Below are positions 26,001 to 37,400 of a stretch of DNA of 64,000 nt, piece after piece. Made by a program: the position numbers and the translations under genes. The notes under the pieces were generated by a model. The model was not told where the DNA came from. It did not search any database and worked only from the letters and a program-made list of their open reading frames with translations. The DNA is taken from the NCBI GenBank assembly GCA_000708835.1, contig DF237010.1, positions 182,351 to 246,350 on the forward strand. Direction: 5' to 3'. How positions within the stretch are numbered: the stretch's first letter is position 1; every line of letters starts with the position of its first letter. The DNA is from Klebsormidium nitens (lineage: Eukaryota > Plantae > Klebsormidiophyceae).

Positions 26001-29000
26001 CCGCATCCTGGAAGCAGGCCGGCAGGAGCGCCGCGAGCCTGTTCACATCGTCCAGGCACAGCGGATCCAGGCCCAGCCGCTCCGGTGTGAATATGGTCAG
26101 ACACGTGGCGCCGTGGAGGATGAGGTCCGCGGGCAGCGCCATGTCGCGCTCGACGACCTGTGCGCGCGCGCTCTTCTCCAGCTGAACGACTGACTGGTAA
26201 AGGGCGCGTCGCATGCTGATCTCGCTGTCGAGCATGTTGGCCACGATGAGAATGCGCCGGCCGCGGTCCGGGGGTTTGTTTTGGCTCGGCTGGACGTCCC
26301 TAGTGGGGACCTCAGGGATTTGATTGCCGATGTTGGTCGGAAGTGGCTCCGGGCGGCTGGTTGCGGGGAAGGCGGAGGGCTGGGGCTTGGAAACAGGAGC
26401 TGGCGGGTTTGCCTGCGAAGAGAGAGGTGCATTCAGATTGTCGGCTCCATCTCCCGCAGAGAGCCTCGTAGAATGGCACGACAACGCAGAGTAAGATCTG
26501 GCGACATCTTGAAATCAAAGTCTTCAGTCGGGTAGATTGGGATAGTGCAAAGAAGAGGACTTGATCACTTCTGAAGCAGGTCTTGAGGACCACGGGAGTG
26601 CAGCTGCGTCGTAATCGCAGTCGTCAAGTCCCTTACAACTGTTTTTCTCCAAGTTTGACCAACAAAGATAGAAGAGTCTGCAGAAAGTGAGGATCTTGCA
26701 TGGGAGACTGCTTCTGCTTCACGTTACAAAGGAGATTCTCTATGGAACTCGCATTCATGCTTACCTGGGCCTCTCCCCGAGACGGTACAGAAGGGACTCC
26801 AACACCCTCTTTCAATACCCTCATCTCCTCCACATGGCCGCGGACCCCGATCTTGTGGCGAGGGCACGTGGCTTGAGCCAGAAGCTCTTCAACCTGGTTC
26901 AGATCCGTGTCCGAGTTGCTGAGCCTTCCGTCCGAGAACTGGACGATCAAACCGAAGTCGTTCAAGGGGAAGGAGGCTTTGAGATACCTGTAGGAAAATG
27001 TCTATAACTAGCATGGGGGAGCAGTATCCTGCAATATTTGAACGTTCTGCACTCGCTGGAGTGTTGAAATTGCTGATGCTGATGGCTCGCAGCATTCGTC
27101 AGAGGAAAATGTGGGCTTAAGTCTCTCCTCCCGAGAGCGGAGAAGATAGCTGAGTCGTCAAGACACAAGGCTAAAAATGCTCTTCCTTTGTTTGAATATC
27201 TATGTAGCCTCTCTGTGCAACTAAAGCAATGCTAGGGAAAGACGGTACTTACCCGTATGATACGAGAAGACAATTGGAAACCGTCAGGGCCTCTTCGACT
27301 CCTTGCTTAAGCTTCTGTTGGGCTTCGGCCCCTACGGAAGTCAGAGCTTTGAGAATGCTTTCGTCTCGGTCGAGCTGGAAGGGCCGGAGTCCCGCCCCGA
27401 CAAGCTCGTTGTACATGCTGATGAATGCTCGCCTGCGGAAGACGCAGACGTCATTGTCGAATCGATTCGACTTAATTCCAAACCATCCTCCCTTCTGCGA
27501 TCCAAAAAGCGCAGCTCCTTTTGGGATGGTTCCCTTCATGCTGCTACACTGATGGCCTATAGCAATTTCCTCCCCGTTGGGCTGGTTTTATTGATATTTC
27601 GACGAGGGTTAAGCTTAAAGCAAGCCATTTCATCATTCTCTCACAACATCGAACGAAAAACAGTACCCACCTGTCCGCAAAAATTAGTATCTTTCTTTCC
27701 TGCTCGTCCCGCCGCCCACCAGAGGTAACTGCCGCCTTCAGGAGGTCACGCAGGCAAGCGAGCTTGGGCGTGTCGATCGCCAGGCCTGCCTCGACCCGGC
27801 CGTACGCGGTCTCCAGGGCGCTCTTGCTTTTCAACACAGCCATGGACATAAAGGGCATCGTCTGCAGGCTATGCTCCAAGTAGAGGAAGGCCACCTGCAC
27901 CAGCGGAGGAAAGTGTCAACAGGCTGCCACATTTGAGGAACAGGGAAGTCAATCACCGGGTCTGATAACGGAAGTATCAAAGCCGTGCAAGAGGCATAAC
28001 ACTCGTTGACTATCTTTCTAACGTCGAAAACTAGAGTCAGAAAGCACCACAACTTATGCGACAGTCGAGCCAAGGGTAGCCCAGAGGCTTTACATTTCAG
28101 CTGCCGATACCACGGAAAGGAAGCTGCTCTACATCAGAACCTTCAAGTCAAGCAGAAGATTCACCATCGGCTGTTGAAGATAGATCAAGGAGCCACGCAA
28201 GCAGAAAACCTAGAATCAGTACCTACCCGCACTCCGTAATCCAGCAGGTTCGACGCCGTCTGCCGGAGCGTCCACACAGTCGCGCACAGCCTTAAGCTCT
28301 GCTGATGGACGTCCCCCGTCTCCTTTTCCGAAGCAGCCGCTCTCTTTACCAGTGCCATCAACTCCCGGTTCCCCGCAGCGTCTACGCCAAATCCTGGCAC
28401 TTTCTCCTTTAGCCTGCTCTTCTCTCTGACCAAGATCGCGCTGTAGTCAGATCTTAGCGCCGCAAGTAGGGCTTCGTGATCCTCTGGAAGGTCTACTGTG
28501 TGAACTTCTACGGCGGGCGCGCTCGGAGCTTGAACAGCTTTTCCATTCTCAGACGCTTCTCGGCTTCCCAGGTCTTTCTCCGTGGCACCTCTGCGCTTCT
28601 TGCTCGCGGGCTCCTGTTCTGCGGCAGCAGGAGCGCGCGCGCGCACCGTTCCTTTCCTAGCTTGCATGAAGAAGGACAGGTCCTCGGTCATTGCGCCGGC
28701 AGTCTTGCTGACGAAAGCGGACCGCTGCCTGACGCTGCCCTCCGAGGCTCTCGCTGCTGCAGAGCTCTCTCTTTGGAAGACCACTTCTCCCTCAAGTGCC
28801 TCTTCCTCAACTGGTCTTTTCCCCCGGGAGCTCTCTGACGTCTCTCCTTCGTCGGGTTCAGGAGCAGCGAGAAAAGCAAGCAGGACGGAGGCCTTGTTCG
28901 CTGAAGGCTGCTGAGGCTCTGGAGGAACAGGGGCAGGCTCAAGCTCAGCTTTCATCTTCTTTTTGAACCGGAAGCAGCTTGCCTGGTTGCACGCCCCCGA

Positions 29001-30847
29001 TTGGGAGAGGTGCCAATCGAGATAGAGACTGTCGCCACCTAGACTGCGCGGTCGAGCGTGCGAGGAAGAGAAGATCTGAGTGGCCGTCTCTGCTGCGGGG
29101 CCCTGGCACGGCAAGTACGGAACTGGCAGCATGTTGAAGTTGAAGGAGTCCATTCTCAGCTCGGGGTGTGCCACCAGGCGATGGAACTCGTTTTCAATGG
29201 ACTCAGCCGTCGGCTCTTCCAAGGCTCCGTTTGCTTCGTCCTCTGAAACCACAGCGTTGAGCTTTGTGCAGACGAGGATCGCCTTTTTAGCAACGTTGGA
29301 AGGGAGGCCCTTAAAGAACTCGAGCGGATGGATTAGTGCTGGCTCTGCCAAGGCCTCAAGCGAAGGCTGCTTTGAACCCTGTTCCCTCGGTTGCACGCCA
29401 TCGCTCCTTTCTGCAAGGACCTCTTCCCAGCAAAGAACGGGTTCCGCCAAACCCGTCTCCTCCTCTTCTAAAACCCGCTTTTCCACAAACGCAGACCACG
29501 AGCTCTTATCCGATTCGGATGCATTTGAGCAGTCGGGAGTGTCAATGCTCTGATCTGCCAGCTGGGAAGCGAAGTCTTCAAACGGTTTCGTCAGGAAACC
29601 AAGCCCTGCGTTTCGCATTCTGCTGCCTTCACCCAGAGCAACATCAGGAAGCTCCTGAGGTTCAAATTCCCAGACCGTCGCTTCTGTGCTTCGGCATCCG
29701 GAGTCGTCTGCATTGACTGAAGAGCTCTTCGTTGTTGGACACTTGGATTTCTTCTCCTCTGCTTCCAGCATGCTGATGATCAAAGGGCAAGACGCCGCTG
29801 TATCAGGATTGGAAATCTCAAGCGGCTCTTGGAGATAACCAGGGTCCAGACCTACTTTCTCCTGCAGACGAATAAATGAGTTCACTCGGAGCCACTCACC
29901 ATGCATAAAGCCTCAAGCATGAGCAAATGCACGATGATCCACTCGAGGAAGGTAAAGGAACAGGCGCATGATCCACGTTCTGAGGCTTTCTTTGAAGACT
30001 CCAGAATGTAAATGGTGCTATCATGCAGAGTCCTTGCTGCAGCTTTTGAAACACAGTTGAACAGTATGAATCATTTCAAGCCTTACCCGTAATCTCCGTA
30101 ATACAGGGACCTCTTCGTCGATCTCAACCTCTTGAGATAACTTTATAAGGCAGCATGGGCTCGAGCCTCGATGCTGTCCCTGGAAAGGAAAATGAGGGAC
30201 TTTCAACAGATTTGTCTAAGCTTATGCTGTGAGATGATCTGAGATGACAAATATGGAAAAACATTCAATATTGTTTTTTGCTCAAGACTGTGGCAGTCAT
30301 CGTGGATTGAGTTTTCTAGAAAACCTACCTGCAGGTCGCTTTGGTCGAAAAACTCGCTTTCTTCGAGTTTCTGTATCGGATCAGCTTCGAAGACCTCTGG
30401 ATCTGGATCCTCCAAGGTCCTGAAAGTGGACCAGAAAGAATGCTGGCTCTCCATGTTAGAGACCCTACCCTCCTGAACTGGGAAAGGCGGAAAGCCGGCG
30501 TCACACGCTGCTGTTTGTGAAGAGAGGTGCGAATCCCTCGAAGATGCAACTGGAGATGATTTGCCCAGGATGCTTCCTCCATCCTCAATCAAGATCCTCT
30601 CAAAGCTCTCTGCAAGAGCATTCGCTGTCTCCCGTTCGTTTGCAGCTGGATGGTCTGTGAGATGCCATCCGCTGACTTGCAGCAGATCGTCGCAGGACGA
30701 GATGATTGCAGGTGTAACCTTCTTCTCAGGATCTTCTGGCCTGCATGGAGCTACTCTTGGAACCGGGAGCAGATACGATATGTGTTGTGCTCGCTCTTTC
30801 GCTGCTTGTATCGCAAAGAAATCTGTCCCATAAGAACGGAGACGCAT
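23062..30847 (-). CDS. SHOC1: SHORTAGE IN CHIASMATA 1 (SHOC1/Zip2-like XPF-fold meiotic crossover protein), 9 exons, about 1726 aa
   Basis: Exons 30847-30329, 30179-30087, 29861-28227, 27894-27671, 27432-27253, 26987-26765, 26412-25951, 25620-23917 and 23202-23062 are phase-compatible with no internal stop. N-terminus MRLRSYGTDFF resembles plant MRTRFLNIDYF. XPF-like/HhH region IFEGPPAFL...LHAAALGLDINLQ...PETASPLEAFLTAFPSLNPVSAHAILAS. C-terminus VLGYKRLGRDKQTRLSW. Confidence 0.85.
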
Positions 30848-31668
30848 GGTGCCTTTTGACCCGTGATATAGCAGCTCTGCTTTGTATTCTGATTAAGATA
30901 CTACAAGAGGACACTTTGTCAATCTCGTTGAGGGGATCGCATGTCGTTCAGGCCACTTCATCAGCAAGTTCAACGCTTCTTTGCCCATCATCAAGCCATG
31001 TTGATGAAGCCCCTTGCCACCTGAAGCTAGGGAGATCCAAAAGTTGGCTCTTCTCAGCTGGCGCCAGCGCCCTCATCTGGAATTGGGGCAGTCAAGCATG
31101 TATTTCTGCAATTCTTCCGTCTCTGCTACATAGCTGAGGCTCAGATGATTGCCACACTGTTCGTCGCATGCGGCCGCGCGTTCGGTCAGCTTGCACCGCT
31201 TTTGCCAGTGTAGCGGAGGGTTTTGTCAGGGTTTTGCCTATCCTCCGACGAGCATTTTGAGGGTTCTAGGTTGGAAAGGTCTCCCGCATCTAGTTTCCTG
31301 TGAAATGTGTAGGCTACACTGTAGAAAAGTCTGAAAACGCTAGCTAGAGCCACGCGCAGAAAGGAGGGGCTATCAAGGGCGGAAAGGAGGCAGCCCGGAA
31401 AGCCAAGGTCACCAGCAAATTGATCGAGCCAATCGGCCAGCACCAGACATCACTGCCTTTGCTTAAAAGTGATAAATTGAGCTTCTCGGGAGCTGACGTT
31501 ACTGACTCAGAGACTTTGGCGTGCTACTTGACAGTGCGTCTTCTGTAGTTATTGATTCGAGCGAGGATTTGATTCAGGACAATCTTGAGAAATCAAGGAT
31601 CTGAGGGGAAATCCTCCCCCAACAATTGAGCAGGCCACACATTGCTTCACTCAATTATCTAGGCAGCA

Positions 31669-33228
31669 ATGTCAGGTGGAGGAGCGAGGCTGGTCGTGGT
31701 GCCAACGGTGACTGTTCTGGCAGTCATCAAGGCTCGTCTTATAGGTGCCACAAAAGGTCATCAGCTTCTGAAAAAGAAGAGCGATGCGCTCACTATGCAA
31801 TTCAGGCAGATCCTGAAGAGAATTGTGGAGACAAAGGAGATGATGGGAGAGACAATGAAGCAAGCGGCGTTTGCACTCACGGAAGCCAAGTATGCAGCGG
31901 GGGATAACATCAAGCATACAGTCTTTGAGAATGTGTCATCAGCCACCATAAAGGTATGCGCAAATGATCCAAATGATGTCTTCCTGATTGCGAATTTCAA
32001 GCTCGTTGCATCGTGCATTTGCCATGATCCTGATGTTAATGATCGCCCCAGAATGAGTGCTCTGTCATCTGTGCTGTACGCTCTTCTTTTCGTGGGCCTT
32101 TCAAGCTTAGGAGATGAGCATTAAAGCTGTACTCTCATGTCTTACTAGCTTTTGATTCAAAATTCTGACTCCCAACTCTTCTATCAACCTCACTGGTGAT
32201 GCTAAGTCCACTTCTAACTTTATCACACTGCTGCCTTGAACAGGTTAGGTCGAAGCAGGATAATGTGGCCGGGGTCAAGCTCCCAAAGTTCCAGCATTAC
32301 ACGGAAGCGGGTGAAACGAAGAATGCTTTGACTGGACTCGCAAGGGGAGGGCAGCAAATACAGCTTTGCAAATCTGCTTACGTAAAGGTAGGCAACCCAA
32401 TGTCTCTTACTTGTGGAGGATGTGGAGGAGCTGCAAAGCTTGGCTTCCAGTTTGACCTCTTTCTCCATCAATGCATGTGCCAAACAAAACTCCTGCTTTT
32501 AGTAGAGCCTTTGACTCTGCTTACTCAGATCGCCTGTGAACTTTGATTCTAAGATGGTCTTGAAAAGAGTGGATCTCATACACTGCAGGGAATGGAACTG
32601 AATCTATGCAACTTCTCATACTGTTCCGAAATCAGACCAAGTCTTCCCCCTCTCACTACATTCTAGCTTTGATTGGTGATCGCTGCTTGCAGGCTGTGGA
32701 ATTGCTCGTAGAGCTGGCCTCCTTGCAAACATCGTTCCTCACGCTTGACGAGGCCATCAAGACCACGAACCGGCGTGTAAATGCACTGGAGAATGTTGTG
32801 AAGCCGAAACTGGAGAACACTATCTCATACATCAAGGGTGAGCTGGACGAGCTGGAGAGAGAGGAGTTCTTCCGTCTCAAGAAGGTGCAAGCGAACAAGA
32901 AGAAGGTCGCTGACAGGGAGCTCAAGGTATGTGCTAACCCTGTCTCCTTATGTAGTTGACAGTTGAAGGTTGAGAAGTGGTAGCATTGAACGAGTATACT
33001 TGGCGCCTCAGAAAACGTTGATCCTTTTTTGAGATATTCATAGGAGGTTTTGCATGAGCTACTTGATCGGCAGGCCTCCGTTGGAGTTATTCTGATTTTA
33101 TTTCTTTTTGTTTTCTCCAGGAAAAGCTTGATGCTGCTGGGCGGGTCGCTGACAAACTGGCAGCCCGTGCTGAGGAAGTCGTAAGTATGTTGACAGCAAA
33201 TGGCAAGGACGAGGACGTCATTTTCTGA
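31669..33228 (+). CDS. VHA-D: V-type proton ATPase subunit D, 4 exons, 256 aa
   Basis: Exons 31669-31953, 32244-32387, 32693-32926 and 33121-33228. Motifs KARLIGATKGHQLLKKKSDAL, LTGLARGGQQI, TLDEAIKTTNRRVNALENVV, YIKGELDELEREEFFRLKK and C-terminal KDEDVIF. Confidence 0.97.
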
Positions 33229-34402
33229 TTGTTTTACCTCCCGGTCGTCATGTACATAGCCGATTTAGAACCTTGTGTTCAAGCACGCCCATGAGGTGTA
33301 TAGCTTACAGGTATAATCAGCAATGATCAGGTTTCTCAACTTTTTTAGTTCCGCCATAAGCTAGGCTCAGAAAAAGATTCAGATTTCCGTCATAAGCCGT
33401 ACAGAAGAATGGAGTGAACTGGTGAACAAAGGCGGCAATATGCATTGCAGCTATTGTCCGGTTCTCAAAGTTGCAAGCTGAACGGATCGAATGCAAGAAG
33501 CTCTTGGCACGCCCTCAAGAAGTGCCACCCAATGTTGATGAGTGATGATTTTGCCACGTCTCCGGGGTGGACGGTATGAATCTCATGCAACTGCAATGCA
33601 GATCTAGAGAGCTAGATTGCTGATATTTTTGCACTTTCAATAACATGTTATGATTATAAGTTGGATGAGAATTGATGTATACATGTTATAGCTCTGGCAA
33701 TCGACTGGCTCTGCGATCTGGGTGCATAGTCGGATGTCGTTTGCACGGTACCAGGTCCTGGTCACCATGTGTCATTGCATGATAAGCAGCTTCGATGCCT
33801 TGTTAGCTAGTGCAGTGCAGTGCTAACACTTGAGTGCACGCGGTCAGTATGGAACGGCGCGTCTGATGCATGCATGCATTAACTTGAGTCACTAGATTTC
33901 CGAGGCCGCTTGCGCATTAATACGAACGGCTACTCTAGGCGCGGGCCTCAGCCATGCATCATGGCATGTCACTTGGATGCATGCGGCGTTTCAATGCAAG
34001 AATATGGGCCCACTGAGCGTCAGGCTCAGAATATAATCGCCGGCAATGACTCCATGGGTGCGACGTACAGGCCGGGCACTGACCTGCCTGTCTCACAAGA
34101 TCAAAGCTTTTGTTGCCACTGGCACTGATGCGAAGCCTGTCTGTGGCACTGCCGTAATGATGGCGGTAGACGCATCCTCCACGAACTTTGGAAGGTAAAG
34201 ACGACAGTAACTTCTTGGGGTGAGGTGCAAGCCCAATCTGATGCAAGCCATGAGTTCACGGGAATCATGAGATGTCGGAGGATGAGGTCTCAGCTTAATG
34301 TTAGCTAAAGGTTTTCCTGCCTGCATAATCTCCACTAGAATCAAGTTGTCACCACTAACTCATCCGTTTCGGCGGCTCCAGGGCAGGGCGTCGACTCTCA
34401 AC

Positions 34403-37400
34403 TCAGAATCGATACTCTGGTTCTACCTCGAGCGCCCATGTAAATTTGTTGAGCAAGGACTTGTTAAAGATCTGCGGAGAGTAACTCGATCGTTAGGAGA
34501 AGGAAGTTGCTGTTTCCGATGCTCCCCTTTTGAGCATGCGTGCACAAGCAAACCACGCGGATCGGGGTACGAAACAAGTGTTGCGAAGCGGGACTCCAAA
34601 AAGAGCTCTCGACAAAGGCCGTACTGCAGAATTCACACTTGATACCGTTCAACAGGGTAACGGAAGCCCCGGCCTGACAAGCTCTCAAAATCCGTGACAG
34701 AAAGTGCAAAGTAGAAGACAGTAGCACATCTCAACTTAGACGGTGGAAACAAAAGTCTATCTATGAGCAGCAAAGACACAAGGTGCCAGCTCACCTTTTC
34801 GATAGGCACTTCGTGCTTTTTGCACCAGGCAACACTGATCCGCGGGTCCATATAATTGATCTTGGACGTGCCCAAGGCGACTGTCTTGAGGTCGTCCTTC
34901 TGCGCCATCTCGTGCGCAATCTTGCGCAGCTGGAGCTCCTTTTTCTCTATTTGCCGTTGCACCCTGCAGACCAGCAGTGGACTTTTCAGCACAGTGAGAA
35001 CGGTCCTCAGTCCTACCACTCTGCGCCTTAGGACTGATAATTAAGGCATTCCTCTGAAACTGCTGGTGACAGCAGATTAGATCCACTCCGAAGCCGTCCC
35101 AAATAACCAATCAATGAAGAGCTTTCCTCGAAATCTCCCACTTGAAAATTCGTCAAAGCGACAAAGAAACGGTTCCACAAACCCCGTTCCACGCCAAACC
35201 CCCAACACTCCCTTCCAAAAGCACTGACAGCATCAGACACGCGGCGGCGCACTCACGCGTCCGGCTGCTGCACTTTCTTCTCCTTGTCCTCCCCCGGCCG
35301 CTTCTTGGGCGGTTTCCCTTTCCTGGCGCGCGCGAGGTCCTCCTTGAGGAAGCCCAGCTCCTCCTCCGCCTCCTTGAGCTTCAGGCTCAGCTTCTCCATC
35401 TGGCCCTCGTGCGCCTTGGACACGCTCCGCTGATGGTTGCACAGAATGGCCACCTGCGCACGCACGTAACCTGTGCTCAGCAAGCTCTTTTATAACCTTT
35501 TGTTAGCTGCAAGCATGCGCGAACGGTCAAGCTCAACAAGCTCTTTTTGAGGCTTCGTTAGCTGCGAGCGAGCGCGGACGGTCACGCTCAACAAGCGCTG
35601 ATTCTTTGTTCATTCAATGGCCGCATGCGTGCTCCTACTGCCAATACTTTTGTCCAGACGTGCAGAAGCAGGTGAGGAAGTTTACAAGAAACTACCGGCA
35701 GACCTTTTCTGTCAGGCATGACTAACCATTGGTTAAGAGTCAGCAACCAAAACATCAAGCATTGGAATCATCCTAAACCATGAAGCGGACGTGACCAAAA
35801 TAAACATGCAAACCACGCCTGCCCCCTGTGGCTGCATCAACTTGACACCACTGTCCATGGGCCAGCTGTCCTTACCTCCTTGTTGGCCTTTTGGTAGCTC
35901 GCAATTTTCTCCAGCACCGTGGTGCCGTCAGTGTCCACCAGCTGCACACGCGCTGTGCTTGGGTCAGCTCTGACTCTGTCGCTTAACTTTATTAAGGCGC
36001 CATAGTCCAACCTCTGGTGTCAAAGTCCAAACTCTGGTGTAACAAAGTTGAGGCTCTGACACTCCCCAAACCAAACCGTCCCTCATTCTTAAAAAGCATC
36101 ACACTCTTGCCCCGTAGCACATCTCAATCAATGCTACAAAGTGACCGAGCTAGCAAGGTGAGACGACGCTGCAGAGGAACTTTCCAACAACGTCTGAAAC
36201 CTTTACCAAAGAAAGACGCTAGAAATCGTCGAATCACCAGCTTGTCCTGCGCTGGGGGGAACAAGAGCCATTACACGAGACAGCTATGCGTCCTCTTATG
36301 TGGATCACGAAGGCGTACGAAAGCTCACCAGCTTGTCCAGCGTGTAGGACGCGTTGTAGGTACGGAACACCTTGGCAGTAAGGCCGGGCATCAGCCCCTT
36401 GAGGTGCGTGTTCACCTTGGTCGTGTTCAGGGTGTCGAACAGGTCGTCGTCGAACTTTTTGCCTGGATGAGAACGTTTGTGAATGCGTCCGTCACTCCTC
36501 TGTCCTCGTTTAGAGAGCTTTTGTAAAAAGTGCTATTACATGCAACTGTGTTCTTATACGCTTGGCAACAGCGGGCAGCGCTTCGGCTGCCTCGATCTGA
36601 TGAGCAAGCCCAATTTCGTGTTGCTGAGTTAGATACATCGGCGTTAAGCGAAAACTGAGTCGGAAGGCTGCAACATTGCAAATGATTCTCCCAAGCAACC
36701 AATTCTTGGAGGCACTTAGCCGGCCTTCCAAGCACAGGTTTCAAAGATTCAATTGTGCGCCTTCTGAAGAGCGAGTTCCGTGCTTGGCGGAACCCACTCC
36801 TTCGGAGAGAAAAGTTTGGTTCTTGTGGGCACGTTGTGGCCAAGCGTACATCTCTGCAGCACAAGCCAATCAAAAAACACCTAGCTGGTCGGTGACAGCT
36901 GGCGCCCGCACTCAAGCAGGGAGCACTTGCCTTTCTTGAATGAGCCGATGGCCTCGTAGACCAAGTGGTTCACTTGCACCGTGTTGAAGTACCGAATCGA
37001 GTCCTTCCCCAGGAAGTCGAACTGCGAGCAGGAAAACCAAATAATTTTTCTATCCCTCAGATGGAGAGCTGAGCCACAATCTGGAACTGCTTTCGACAAC
37101 ATTCTTCTGATGCTTGTTTCCTTCCCCCTGCAAAAAGCCTGTCACGCCGGAACGGGGTATACTGATAGACTGGAGTTGGTCTTGCATTTTCGATCATTCT
37201 CTGGTTGTCAGAATTTGCAGCCAGAAGGTAAGAACGGCCTTCTCGCCATGAATTCAACGGCCCTTGACTTTGAACAGATGCAAAGGTGGAGAGCAGAACG
37301 CTGGCGGATCGTACCTCGAGCGATGTGGGAGGAATCTGCTTCACATGCTGGATCTTGAGCGAGCAGCAGCCCACAGTGTCGGCCTCGTCTTCGTCCTGGA

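Noticed and set aside
31954-32010. Start of VHA-D intron 1 resembling exon 2 (intron gain by duplication)
   Set aside because: Only short words (GT, AATG, TCAAGCTC) are shared and gaps are needed, which is too weak to separate from chance.
34850-34880. Possible camptothecin-resistance change beside the TOP1 catalytic Tyr
   Set aside because: The Asn before the Tyr is retained (SKINYMDPR), so nothing is unusual.
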